Below, piece after piece: positions 1 to 9,506 of a stretch of DNA of 64,000 nucleotides (within the stretch, counting starts at the first letter, position 1; the number at the start of each line of letters is the position of its first letter). A program made the position numbers and the translations under genes. This DNA is from an uncultured Verrucomicrobiae bacterium (GTDB lineage: Bacteria; Verrucomicrobiota; Verrucomicrobiia; Chthoniobacterales; JAFAMB01): NCBI GenBank assembly GCA_963762565.1, contig CAVXLD010000001.1, forward strand, positions 1,441,129 to 1,505,128, given 5' to 3'. The notes beneath the pieces are model-generated. The model worked only from the letters and a program-made list of their open reading frames with translations. It was not told the DNA's origin and did no database searches.

Positions 1-221
1 AAATCATCGAAAGAATCCTGCCCGACTGGAGGGTCGCTGTCGCCATGACCCGGTAGGTCGTAAACCAGAACCCGGAATTTCGAGGTTAAGAGAGGTAACT
101 GATACCCCCACATCTCGGCACTGGCTCCCAAGGAGTGGCCCAGCACGACAGCCGGCGCGCTCTCTGGCCCAAGCAACGCGTAGGCGATCTTTCTTCCATT
201 AATCTCCGTCTTTTGTTTCAT
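1..221 (-). CDS. Alpha/beta hydrolase, 3-oxoadipate enol-lactonase-like (runs off the window start)
   Basis: Manual translation from ATG at 221: MKQKTEINGRKIAYALLGPESAPAVVLGHSLGASAEMWGYQLPLL...VLVYDLPGHGDS, a typical PcaD/CatD N-terminus. Confidence 0.8.
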   Translation of the reverse strand, partial: MKQKTEINGRKIAYALLGPESAPAVVLGHSLGASAEMWGYQLPLLTSKFRVLVYDLPGHGDSDPPVGQDSFDD

Positions 222-453
222 CGGTTGTGATTGGTCGAACCGTTCTCGACGGTGACGGTCCGGTAGCTGGTCCTTGGCGTCAATATGCAGAAGCTTCTTT
301 CTCGTTCTCGAATCCGGTCCCGCGGAGTAATGGAGTACAGGAGTTTTGGAGTACTGGTCTAGGTCCTTTCTTTGTTCTGCATTCGGCTTCTCTTCATGGT
401 GATTTGTGATTCGCGAAAGGCGCCATCTTGTTCTATTTGCTATTCGCGAAGCG

Positions 454-1071
454 ATGAAATGGGACGAGCTCTATCAAGCGAAGGAAACGCCTTGGGAGAA
501 AGGGGCGCCTGCTCCTCCGCTATTGGAATGGTTACGGATGCGCGGCCCACTAGAAGGAGAGGTGCTCGTACCGGGGTGCGGCCACGGACATGACGTTCGC
601 GCGATCGCTGCCGCTTCCCCAAAGAGTACGGTGGTCGGCATTGACATTTCCATAACCGCTCTAAGCGAAGCCATAAAATATCCTAGTGTCGGCCGCGAAG
701 TATTTCAGTCGGCTGACATCTTTGCTTTACCCCAGTCGCTGCAGTGCCGCTTTGATTGGCTTTTTGAGCACACTTGTTTCTGCGCAATTCAACCGGAACA
801 ACGCCTTGATTACATAAAAATGGCGGTTTCAGCGCTTAAACCGGATGGACAACTGCTGGCGATCTTCTTTTTGAATCCATGGGATCCCGGAGACGAAGTC
901 CCCGAGGGCGGAGGTCCGCCGTTCGGCGTTGCTAAAGAAGAGCTCGAGAATCTTTTTAGTCCGCACTTTAGTCTCGTCGAGGAGTTCAAGCCGAACACAG
1001 CTTATCCGGGACGCGAAGGCCGGGAGACTGTGAGACTACTGCGGAAGAAACGTGTGGGCGTGTCGGCGTAA
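454..1071 (+). CDS. TPMT/thiol-halide-type SAM methyltransferase
   Basis: WDELY..ETPWEKG, VLVPGCGHGHD, FDWLFEHTCFCAI, GGPPF motifs; ATG 454 preferred over GTG 406. Confidence 0.85.
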   Translation: MKWDELYQAKETPWEKGAPAPPLLEWLRMRGPLEGEVLVPGCGHGHDVRAIAAASPKSTVVGIDISITALSEAIKYPSVGREVFQSADIFALPQSLQCRFDWLFEHTCFCAIQPEQRLDYIKMAVSALKPDGQLLAIFFLNPWDPGDEVPEGGGPPFGVAKEELENLFSPHFSLVEEFKPNTAYPGREGRETVRLLRKKRVGVSA

Positions 1072-1093
1072 CGGCGTATCGAAGCCCAGGGCT

Positions 1094-1355
1094 GGTGGGG
1101 CGAGGCTCCGGAACGGGCGCTGATATTTCCAAGGCTTTTCGCGGGGTTCCACCGCAATGTGTCTCGGGCCGATACGCTGCCGAGCCGCGATCCTGATTCG
1201 CCAACACCCAGGAACGCCAAAATCACCCACAAACAGTTTCAGCTGCACCGCGCTGGGCAACGGCTCGGCAGCGTACGGGCCCAACCCGTCACAAATACAC
1301 TCACCCAGCTAACCTTCGCCCCAAGTTCTAGCCCGTTCCGGAGCCTCGCCCCACC
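1094..1355. repeat. REPIN-like palindromic element, family A
   Basis: Perfect 25-bp terminal IR GGTGGGGCGAGGCTCCGGAACGGGC plus internal CTGCCGAGCCG/CGGCTCGGCAG pair; lies between convergent genes. Confidence 0.9.
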
Positions 1356-1394
1356 AACGCTGAACTTCGTTCACCCAAACATCCGACACGCCGA

Positions 1395-2009
1395 CTACGT
1401 CCCATAAAGCCGGTCACCATAGTCACCTAGCCCCGGCAAAATATATCTTTGTGCGTTCAGTTCCCGGTCGAGAGCGGCAGCAAAAATCTGGATGGACGGA
1501 TCCACTGCTTCTACGGCTTTGACCCCTTCCGGCGCTGCCACCACACACACAACCGAAATGTTCTGCCCACCATTCTCTTGAACCAGCCGGACGGTTTGCA
1601 CTGCGGAACCGCCAGTTGCCAACATCGGATCGACAATCAAGACATGCCGGCCAGCTAACGGAGGAAGTTTACAGTAATAGTTCCGGGCAACCGCCGTCTC
1701 ATGATCGCGCTCTAATCCGACATAACCGATACTGACATCCGGAAACAGGTCAGTGAACGGCTGCACTAAACCGATAGCGGCTCGCAAGATAGGAACTAGC
1801 ACCAAAGAATCACCCAAAACCGCCCCGCGATACGTTTCTAACGGCGTCTCGATTACGGTTTCCTTAGTCTGCAGGTTCCGGGTCGATTCCAACGCCAGCA
1901 ACAGACCGATTTGGTAGGTCAACGTCCGGAAAGTAACCGGTTTAGTTGTCCGATCGCGCAAATGGGTCATGATGTGCGCGCCCAGCGGATGGTTGAGCAG
2001 ACGGAGCAT
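1395..2009 (-). CDS. upp: Uracil phosphoribosyltransferase
   Basis: VPILRAA, DPMLATGGSA, YILPGLGDYGDRLYGT. Confidence 0.97.
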   Translation of the reverse strand: MLRLLNHPLGAHIMTHLRDRTTKPVTFRTLTYQIGLLLALESTRNLQTKETVIETPLETYRGAVLGDSLVLVPILRAAIGLVQPFTDLFPDVSIGYVGLERDHETAVARNYYCKLPPLAGRHVLIVDPMLATGGSAVQTVRLVQENGGQNISVVCVVAAPEGVKAVEAVDPSIQIFAAALDRELNAQRYILPGLGDYGDRLYGT

Positions 2010-2086
2010 TGAAGAGGAAGGATATAGAATCCAGGAGCCAGAATCCAGGAGCTTCCAGGGGATAATCGTGACCCAAAAGAAAGCTT

Positions 2087-2236
2087 AACCGCAAATGGAC
2101 GCAGATTAACGCAGATAAAAGCCAATCCGAACAAACGCTTTGGACGGGAACAAACGCGAATCAAGATTAGAGGTGCATAAAAGCGAACTGGCGCTCCCAC
2201 CCCATTATCTGGGTAAATCTGCGTCTGTCTGCGGTT
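2087..2236. repeat. Empty inverted tandem-repeat element (AACCGC...GCGGTT family)
   Basis: Left arm AACCGCAAATGGACGCAGATTAACGCAGAT, right arm ATCTGGGTAAATCTGCGTCTGTCTGCGGTT, about 90-bp spacer. Confidence 0.85.
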
Positions 2237-2308
2237 GATTTCGTTCTCCGCATCCGTCGAGCCTATTAACGGTTGAAAATTTTCGATGAAACGCAGAATC
2301 TTCGGCTT

Positions 2309-3772
2309 ATGTCCGATCCTGTCTCATCTTCGGGAGCAACTGCAGCTCCTGCTCGTACCGGCGGAAAATATCTTACCTTACCGGATCAACAGCGGACCAC
2401 GATGCCCCCCGGTGTGCCTTACATCATCGGAAATGAGGCAGCGGAACGCTTCAGTTTTTATGGGATGCGGTCGATTCTCACGGTTTTCATGACGAAATAC
2501 CTGTTGGATCGGAGCGGCCACCTGGCTGTGATGGGCGATGACGAAGCTGGCTCCTGGAGCCATCTTTTTGTTTCCGCGGTATATTTGCTACCGATCCTCG
2601 GTGCGCTCTTATCGGACGGAGTTATAGGGAAATTCAGGACGATCTTTTATCTATCAATCGTCTATTGTTTCGGCCACTTTTCTTTGGCTTTGGACGATAC
2701 GCGTCTGGGGTTATTCTTAGGTCTGCTATTAATTTCGTTTGGCGCCGGCGGCATTAAGCCGTGTGTTTCGGCCAATGTGGGGGATCAATTCGGTCAAGGA
2801 AACAAGCACCTGCTCCCCAGGGTGTTCTCCTGGTTCTACTTCTCTATCAATGTCGGCTCGTTCGTCTCCATCTGGGTCTGCCCGATCTTACTCGATAATC
2901 CAAGATTTGGCCCGCACTATGCCTTTGGGCTACCGGGCGTGTTCATGGTGATTGCCACCATCGTGTTTTGGCTGGGCCGCAAGAAATTCGTACATGTCCG
3001 ACCTGGCGGCCTTGGTTTCGTCCGTGAAGCCGTAAGTCGCGAAGGCCGCTCTGCCATCGGCCAATTGTTCTTGATCTACCTGTTCGTCGCGATTTTTTGG
3101 GCCCTATGGGATCAAAGCGCCGGAATCGAATGGACGCTGCAAGCCGAACACCTGAATTTAAATTTATTCGATATCCAGCTGTTTGGCTGGCATTTCGGAA
3201 TGAAATTCTTAGCGGCTCAAGTGTCCGACGCTAACGCTATTTTGATTTTGATTTTTATCCCCCTGTTTAGCTACGTCGTTTATCCGCTCATCAATCGGGT
3301 GTTTCCGTTAACTCCACTGCGCAAGATCGGTATCGGCCTGTTCGTCATGGCAATCGCATTTGCCATTGTTTGGTGGTTACAGGTTCGGATTGATGCCGGC
3401 GAGACTCCGAATGTCGGATGGCAGTTGTTAGCCTACGTATTCCTGACCGCGAGCGAAACGATGGTTTCAATAACCGGTTTAGAGTTTTCTTATACCCAGG
3501 CGCCACCAAAGATGAAGAGCGCCATTATGGCGGTCTGGTTGTTAGTGGTTTCTCTCGGAAATTTGTTCACCGCATTCATTCATAAGCTCGTTCCAACGCT
3601 TAAGCCGCTGGGTCTCAATCTTGAAAACGCTGGGTGGTTTCAATTTTTCACGCTGCTAATGCTGGCAACAGCGGTCCTATACGTTTTTGTCGCTCGCTGG
3701 TACCGGGGGAAAACTTATATCCAAGGTGAAGAACTTACCGAATTAGCCACGGCCGAAACACTCAGCAGCTAG
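2309..3772 (+). CDS. POT family proton-dependent oligopeptide MFS transporter
   Basis: NEAAERFSFYGMR (ExxERFxYY-like), GGIKPCVSANVGDQF, FYFSINVGS; multiple TM helices. Confidence 0.95.
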   Translation: MSDPVSSSGATAAPARTGGKYLTLPDQQRTTMPPGVPYIIGNEAAERFSFYGMRSILTVFMTKYLLDRSGHLAVMGDDEAGSWSHLFVSAVYLLPILGALLSDGVIGKFRTIFYLSIVYCFGHFSLALDDTRLGLFLGLLLISFGAGGIKPCVSANVGDQFGQGNKHLLPRVFSWFYFSINVGSFVSIWVCPILLDNPRFGPHYAFGLPGVFMVIATIVFWLGRKKFVHVRPGGLGFVREAVSREGRSAIGQLFLIYLFVAIFWALWDQSAGIEWTLQAEHLNLNLFDIQLFGWHFGMKFLAAQVSDANAILILIFIPLFSYVVYPLINRVFPLTPLRKIGIGLFVMAIAFAIVWWLQVRIDAGETPNVGWQLLAYVFLTASETMVSITGLEFSYTQAPPKMKSAIMAVWLLVVSLGNLFTAFIHKLVPTLKPLGLNLENAGWFQFFTLLMLATAVLYVFVARWYRGKTYIQGEELTELATAETLSS

Positions 3773-3827
3773 GAAGAAATCCAACCGCAGCCCCGAAATT
3801 CTCCGGGGTGAAATGGACGCAGATTTG

Positions 3828-4431
3828 AACCGCGAATGGACACGAATAGACGCGAATAATGTGTCTTCAAGCGCACTCCAGATCGTCGGGGTTGCGGCAA
3901 TCGGTACTAATGAGACGTTCCCATTCCAATTTTGCGTACTTAAAGTTGAGGATTATTCCAACCGGTAATCGGCTGATCTTGAGGTAATTCAGCATTTGCC
4001 CTCTTTCATGGTTGGTATTCTTATCGATCACTTTGGTATCTACGATGATCCTGCCAAGGACGACTAGGTCTGGAGTGAATTGGCCGACCTTGACCTTCTT
4101 GTAGATAATATCAAAAGGCCTTTGTTGCTGATAGGGCATGTCACGAAGCTGGAATTCGACCGCCAAAGCCCGCTCATAGGGTTTTTCATGAATCCCGTGG
4201 CCAAGCTCCCGTAAAACCTCGATCGCCGCACCCACAATAGAGTAGACCTCCTTAAAAAGGATCTGAGGCGCTGCTTTCTGCTTCACGAAATGCTATAACA
4301 TATAATAATGATGTATCAATATTTGGCGCTCGGGATTCATCCCGAATCGTTCGATCCGCTAACCGCCTGCCCGCCGACCCACGAATCTCGGAGAAACCCG
4401 TATTCGTGTTCATTCGTGTCCATTCGTGGTT
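3828..4431. mobile_element. Putative element: GxxExxY gene enclosed by inverted 9-10-mer repeat arms
   Basis: Left arm 3828-3857 and right arm 4402-4431 are inverted complements (26/30); outer AACCGCAG (3783) / CTGCGGTT (ends 4457). Confidence 0.6.
3867..4286 (-). CDS. GxxExxY protein (PD-(D/E)XK nuclease-like)
   Basis: LGHGIHEKPY = GxxExxY; FTPDLVV...IIVDTK; QMLNYLK; GIILNF. Confidence 0.93.
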   Translation of the reverse strand: MKQKAAPQILFKEVYSIVGAAIEVLRELGHGIHEKPYERALAVEFQLRDMPYQQQRPFDIIYKKVKVGQFTPDLVVLGRIIVDTKVIDKNTNHERGQMLNYLKISRLPVGIILNFKYAKLEWERLISTDCRNPDDLECA

Positions 4432-4489
4432 TCTTCGTCCTGCTTTCATCTGCGGTTGTTCTCTTCGCCGTTCGTGCCCAAAGTAATCT

Positions 4490-5032
4490 ATGCGAACCCC
4501 AATCTGGTTGGTGATCCTTCTCGGTCTTGTTGGTTGTACTCACCAGGAGGTCACTGAACAGATTTCTATCGGCGGCCACAGAGTCGTCACCTTCAAGCGC
4601 GTCGGAAATGAATTCGCTAGATCTGAGAACGATCGGTTTGCGGTGGTAGAAGCGGGTCTGACTACTTATCGAACGGAGGGAAGGAACTTTGTTCGCTGGC
4701 AATTCGCGATCCGGCCGAGACCGGAGACCCAGTTGGCGGTTGTCGAAGTAGAAGACGTAACCGGCAGAAGACCAGTTTTGCTAAGCAAAGATGAACATCC
4801 CCAGATCGAAGAACTACAATGGAGCGGGCAAGGCCCACTGATCCGAGCAACACCGGCCCTGGTTCCCTGGCTATTTACCCCGGCTGAAAGTACGCACGTC
4901 TTCCGAATCACGGTCACTGAGCCGGACGGCAAACGGTCCTCGCTCTATGAGGCGACACGCTACACCGCAGACGCGAAGAAGAAATTCCGCATCATGATGG
5001 GGCCAGAATTGCAGAATCCGCCGCAAAGCTGA
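4490..5032 (+). CDS. Hypothetical lipoprotein
   Basis: Signal peptide with lipobox LVGC; 180 aa. Confidence 0.7.
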   Translation: MRTPIWLVILLGLVGCTHQEVTEQISIGGHRVVTFKRVGNEFARSENDRFAVVEAGLTTYRTEGRNFVRWQFAIRPRPETQLAVVEVEDVTGRRPVLLSKDEHPQIEELQWSGQGPLIRATPALVPWLFTPAESTHVFRITVTEPDGKRSSLYEATRYTADAKKKFRIMMGPELQNPPQS

Positions 5033-5045
5033 AAGCGGAAGGTAG

Positions 5046-5231
5046 CCGTGGAGCGTGCCTCGCTTGCGAGGCCGTGGTGAGCAAAGCGGACGATGTAGTC
5101 ACGCGCATTGGCGGGCTGGCTTTTTCGTGTCTATAGGAGAAGGTCGCGACATAGAGCACCGACCGAGATGTGTTCTGAATCACGGTGTTCCCTTGATCAC
5201 CACGGCCTCGCAAGCGAGGCACGCTCCACGG
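5046..5231. repeat. REPIN-like element, family E
   Basis: Perfect 35-bp IR CCGTGGAGCGTGCCTCGCTTGCGAGGCCGTGGTGA; each arm contains GTGG plus the GCCTCGC-TT-GCGAGGC hairpin. Confidence 0.92.
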
Positions 5232-5242
5232 GTTTCCTCCCA

Positions 5243-5271
5243 TTGACAACCCTCGGTAAGCTTCTGAGATT
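5243..5271 (+). promoter_or_regulatory. Candidate sigma70 promoter (leaderless-type spacing)
   Basis: TTGACA-17 nt-GAGATT, with 6 nt before ATG 5278. Confidence 0.4.
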
Positions 5272-5277
5272 CAAGCG

Positions 5278-5913
5278 ATGAGCGGTGGCGAGTTTTTTGT
5301 TCAGGAACCTTCGGTCCACGCTTTCATCGCTGAAGTTCAGTCGGCGCTGGAGCGCGAATCCGACGTACATAAGCGCCTGGCCAGTCTAAGATCGCCCTAC
5401 CGGAAGCTGCTGGAAGACCGATCGTGGCTACCGGCAGAGTTCCGGGAGATCAACCCGAACAGCGGGATGGGCGGCGGGATTGCGTCGTGGTTGCTCTTCC
5501 AATCTTCAGCCAAAGACCTGTCGCTTTTCGCTCTGGTTGTGCCGCCTGGGGTTACCACCCCTATCCATAATCACCTGGCCTGGGGTTTGGTCGGACTTTA
5601 CCAGGGAGAACAGGAGGAAGAAGAATTCGAAGTAGAACAGCACGATCATTTACATCCGGGCGACAGCGTGCGGATGAATCGGCGTTTTCTGCGGGTATTG
5701 AAGCCGGGCGAGTTTTATGAGCTCATACCGCCTCATAATGACGTTCACCGGGTTAAGACCATCTCGGCCGAGCCGTCGATCAGTCTACATTTGCTTGCTA
5801 ACGATACCGGATGCGTGATTCGACAGAGATTCGACGGAACTGGCCGAGTTGACGAATTTCGATCGGGCTGGAGTAACAAACCTTGTCCTGAATCGTTGGC
5901 TGATCGACATTAA
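5278..5913 (+). CDS. Cysteine dioxygenase/thiol dioxygenase-like cupin
   Basis: TPIHNHLAWGLVG, DVHRV, SISLHL. Confidence 0.85.
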   Translation: MSGGEFFVQEPSVHAFIAEVQSALERESDVHKRLASLRSPYRKLLEDRSWLPAEFREINPNSGMGGGIASWLLFQSSAKDLSLFALVVPPGVTTPIHNHLAWGLVGLYQGEQEEEEFEVEQHDHLHPGDSVRMNRRFLRVLKPGEFYELIPPHNDVHRVKTISAEPSISLHLLANDTGCVIRQRFDGTGRVDEFRSGWSNKPCPESLADRH

Positions 5914-5933
5914 GACGCGATCCTCTACCAGCC

Positions 5934-7421
5934 ATGGCCTTAAAAGTAACCCCCCTTAGAGAAGCAAATCTGAATTTACTCCCACCGGAGGTGGGCGTAC
6001 CGACTTACAATCGGAAAGAAGTTGGCCAGTCGATCTGTCACGTGGGCGTCGGCGGTTTCCATCGGGCGCATCAAGCGGTTTACGCAGACGATCTCCTGCA
6101 AAAGAGAGATAATTTGGAGTGGGGGTTGTGTGGGATTGGACTTTTGCCTCACGACGTTCGGCTGCGGGACGTTCTCCGGGATCAAGACTACCTGTACACA
6201 GTCGTCGAGCGCGAGCTGGGGCAGGATCAGGCCAGAGTGATCGGTTCGATAGTCAATTTTCTTTACGCCCCTGAGAATCGAGAAGCCGTCCTAGAGAAAT
6301 TAGCGGCTCCGGCAACCAAGATCGTTTCGCTGACCATTACCGAAGGCGGTTATTATCTGAACCAAGCGACCGGCGAATTCGACGATCAACACCCGGATAT
6401 CAAACACGATCTCGAGCATCCGCATAAACCGGATTGCTCGTTCGGGTACCTAATCGAGGCTTTGAATCGGAGGCGGGAGCGAGGTCAACCGCCATTCACC
6501 ATCATGTCATGTGACAATGTGCAGAGTAACGGGGAGATCTCTAAACGTATGCTCCTGGCATTCGCTGAGCTTCGGGATCCTGCGCTCCGGAACTGGCTGG
6601 AAAGAAATGGAGCGTTTCCGAACAGCATGGTGGATCGCATCACGCCGGCAACCACAGACGCTCACCGCGAGTTTGTACGAGAAAAATTTGGTATCGATGA
6701 TGCTTGGCCGGTCGTACCGGAGGCATTCCGCCAGTGGGTAATCGAGGACCATTTCCTCCATGGCCGCCCCGCCTGGGAAGAGGCCGGCGCAGAAATGACT
6801 TCCGATGTGTTGCCCTATGAGAAGATGAAAATGCGTCTCTTGAACGCCAGTCATCAAACCATGTGCTACATCGGCATGTTAGTAGGGTATCAATATGCCG
6901 ACGAAACCATGGGTGACGCGGAGATCGTACGCCTTGTACAGCGCATGATGGATGACGAGGTCACGCCTATCTTAGATCCGGTACCCGGTATTGACCTGGA
7001 CGATTATAAACGGACCCTGATCCGCCGGTTCTCCAATCCTGCGATTAAAGATACCTTGGTCCGGTTGGCGACCGAAGGGTCAGCGCGGATCCCAAAGTTC
7101 ATTCTCCCATCGATCGTCGATAGTCTGAGTTCCGGTACGCCAAATCGGTTGTTGATCTTTACGGTGGCGACTTGGTTCCGGTATCTCACCGGCACCGATG
7201 ATCATGGTCGCGAGCTGCAGATTATCGATCCGCTTAAAGAGCGGTTAAAAGAGCGCGCTCTGAAAGGCAAGGAGGACCCGGGTCCATTGCTGGAAATCTC
7301 GGAATTGTTCCCAGCCGCTTTAACGCAGTCAGCGTTGTTCCTGAACGAGCTACGCGACGCGATGCGCTATTTATACGGCGAAGGGGCTAGGGCGGCTTTA
7401 ACGCGATACCTTGGGGCGTAG
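5934..7421 (+). CDS. Mannitol dehydrogenase family (long-chain polyol dehydrogenase)
   Basis: HVGVGGFHRAHQA, IVSLTITEGGY, SCDN, FPNSMVDRITP, KMRLLNASH. Confidence 0.95.
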   Translation: MALKVTPLREANLNLLPPEVGVPTYNRKEVGQSICHVGVGGFHRAHQAVYADDLLQKRDNLEWGLCGIGLLPHDVRLRDVLRDQDYLYTVVERELGQDQARVIGSIVNFLYAPENREAVLEKLAAPATKIVSLTITEGGYYLNQATGEFDDQHPDIKHDLEHPHKPDCSFGYLIEALNRRRERGQPPFTIMSCDNVQSNGEISKRMLLAFAELRDPALRNWLERNGAFPNSMVDRITPATTDAHREFVREKFGIDDAWPVVPEAFRQWVIEDHFLHGRPAWEEAGAEMTSDVLPYEKMKMRLLNASHQTMCYIGMLVGYQYADETMGDAEIVRLVQRMMDDEVTPILDPVPGIDLDDYKRTLIRRFSNPAIKDTLVRLATEGSARIPKFILPSIVDSLSSGTPNRLLIFTVATWFRYLTGTDDHGRELQIIDPLKERLKERALKGKEDPGPLLEISELFPAALTQSALFLNELRDAMRYLYGEGARAALTRYLGA

Positions 7422-7435
7422 GGGCAGCACGACTG

Positions 7436-7632
7436 GTAATCGTCCAATCGTCCTGGGCGTCGGTTTGGGACAACTGGGCTGGACGCTGCGCGAACCGGTA
7501 AAAAAAGCCGCTATGGAGAACATATAAGTCCCATAGGTCATATAGGTCCCATCCGGTCGCGTAGCCCGTGGTTCGCACCGATTCGAGGACGAGGACGACG
7601 ACGAGGACGAATCCCGACTAAGCCTTCGGGGC
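7436..7632. repeat. Nested short-tandem-repeat element (GACGAG 6-mer arms around a CCCATAGGT-type 9-mer array)
   Basis: GTAATCGTCCAATCGTCC ... CATATAAGTCCCATAGGTCATATAGGTCCCAT ... GAGGACGAGGACGACGACGAGGACGA. Confidence 0.75.
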
Positions 7633-8247
7633 TTAAACCGGTTGCCGTAGCAGTATCTGGACAACGGGAGGAGACATCGACACATGAACTCCTTTTCTGA
7701 ACTTAACAAGCTGAGCGCCTTCGTTCAGCGCGATATCGAGAATCTCTTCTCCCTGACATTCGAAAAAGGGCCTATTTGCTTGAGGTGTTCCTTGGCTAAA
7801 GGCGATCGCTAACTTCCCTCCGGGTGAGAGCAGTCCGATAAGAGAAGCGATGGCGGGCGCTCTTTCGTCCGGCGCCAGGTGCATCCACATCGCGTTCGAA
7901 AGGATAAAATCGAAGCGAGATTTTCGAGCAGAAACTTTGGCGAGTTGAGGTAAGCGATCGTCGATCCATTCGACATTGCGACAACGCCCAAGGCGTTTGG
8001 CATGGGCCGTCATTCGCCTGGACGGCTCTACCGCCACCACCTTGTGACCAAGCGAGCAAAGCCAAGCTGCGTCTCGCCCTGGACCGGCCCCAACATCAAG
8101 AACGTGCGCCGGCGGTCTGGGGAGATCCTTTCGCAACCAGGCATTTGCGTCGGTAGCCCGGATCGATTCGTGACGTTCGATTACGGATTCAGCGTGCAGG
8201 TTATACCATTCGATAGAATCAACGGCCAGGTCAGCATTGGGGGCCAT
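7633..8247 (-). CDS. Class I SAM-dependent methyltransferase
   Basis: VLDVGAGPGRDAAWL, AVEPS, FDFILSNAMWMHL, LLSPGG. Confidence 0.9.
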   Translation of the reverse strand: MAPNADLAVDSIEWYNLHAESVIERHESIRATDANAWLRKDLPRPPAHVLDVGAGPGRDAAWLCSLGHKVVAVEPSRRMTAHAKRLGRCRNVEWIDDRLPQLAKVSARKSRFDFILSNAMWMHLAPDERAPAIASLIGLLSPGGKLAIAFSQGTPQANRPFFECQGEEILDIALNEGAQLVKFRKGVHVSMSPPVVQILLRQPV

Positions 8248-8301
8248 GCATTAAGATATAATGATGTTTCGGACTGAGGCAATGGGACAGGAGCTGAGAC
8301 A

Positions 8302-8396
8302 GCGAAACGGCGAATGGGCGAGCAGGCGAAACGGCGAGGGCTGTTCGCCCACACGTTCGGTCGCCCTTTCGCCCACTCGCCGTTTCGCGGTTTCGT
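8302..8396. repeat. 8-mer inverted repeat element (GGCGAAAC/GGCGAATG family)
   Basis: GCGAAACGGCGAATGGGCGAGCAGGCGAA ... TTCGCCCACTCGCCGTTTCGC; the same family occurs at about 9450, 16476-16680, 26690-26735, 44268-44590 and 49400-49470. Confidence 0.8.
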
Positions 8397-8460
8397 CTGC
8401 TCTCCCGGCATTGACAACCTCCAGACTAGTAAGACCTTGCTAGGAATCCCCATCAGACCT

Positions 8461-9087
8461 ATGAACGCAAAAACTACTGCAGTAGTCCTCATTGAGTTCC
8501 AGAACGATTTCACCTCACAGGGTGGCAAACTTCATGATGCAGTGAAGCCAGTCATGGAATCGACCGGCATGCTGGAGAACACGGTCGCTACAGTTAATGA
8601 AGCGAGAAACGCAGGCGCAATTATCGTTCACGTTCCCATTCAGTTCGCGCCCGATTTTCGGGAGATCAGCAATTCACCATATGGCATCCTCAAAGGCTGC
8701 AAAGACGGTGAGACGTTCCAGAAAGGGACTTGGGGAGCAGAAATTGTTGATGCGCTAAAGCCGGACGCAACTGATATCGTAGTCGAGGGGAAACGCGGAC
8801 TAGACGGATTCGCGACCACGAATCTCGATTTCATTCTACGGAGCCGAAAGATCGAGAACGTAGCAATAGCCGGTTTCCTGACGAATTGCTGCGTCGAGTC
8901 AACCATGCGGACTGCCTACGAACTAGGCTACAATGTTGTTACTCTCAAAGATTGTGCGGCCACTGTTAGCGAAGAAGCCCACCAAAATGCGATCGCACAT
9001 GACTTTCCGATGTTCTCCCATCCGCTGACTCACGAAGAATTTCTGGCAGAACTCGCCGGCAAAAAGGTGGAGGTCGCAGCGACCTAG
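8461..9087 (+). CDS. Isochorismatase-family cysteine hydrolase
   Basis: VVLIEFQNDF, GKRGLDGF, GFLTNCCVESTMRTAYELGY; ATG 8461 (the upstream ORF extension is repeat-derived). Confidence 0.92.
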   Translation: MNAKTTAVVLIEFQNDFTSQGGKLHDAVKPVMESTGMLENTVATVNEARNAGAIIVHVPIQFAPDFREISNSPYGILKGCKDGETFQKGTWGAEIVDALKPDATDIVVEGKRGLDGFATTNLDFILRSRKIENVAIAGFLTNCCVESTMRTAYELGYNVVTLKDCAATVSEEAHQNAIAHDFPMFSHPLTHEEFLAELAGKKVEVAAT

Positions 9088-9097
9088 AATCAGTGTT

Positions 9098-9428
9098 GGT
9101 GGGGCGAGGCTCCGGAAAGGACTAAGGTGCCATGCAAGGCGAATTATGTTCGCCGCGATTGTCACTCACTGGGCCGAGACCCTGCCGAGCCGGACCCGTC
9201 GCATGCCACCTCTTTAGACGGTCGAAGATATCGCCGCGGGCTTCGAACACGGCCCGCTTTCCATTAGGCGCGATCTCGTAAGCCCGAATCTGTTTGGACC
9301 AGTCCCCGATCCCTTAGGTGCATTAGCGCTGGGCAGCGGCTCGGCAGCATCAGCCTGGTTCAGGATCTGGTCGAGAACCGCCGGAGACCCGGCGAACATC
9401 AGGCCTAGTTCCGGAGCCTCGCCCTACC
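9098..9428. repeat. REPIN-like element, family A
   Basis: GGTGGGGCGAGGCTCCGGAA ... TTCCGGAGCCTCGCCCTACC, with the same internal CTGCCGAGCCG/CGGCTCGGCAG pair as 1094-1355. Confidence 0.88.
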
Positions 9429-9506
9429 ACCCCGAGGCTCCGGTCACACTTTCGCCCATTCGCCGCTTCGCCCTATCGCCGGTTCGCTTACTCGCATTTC
9501 CTACTT

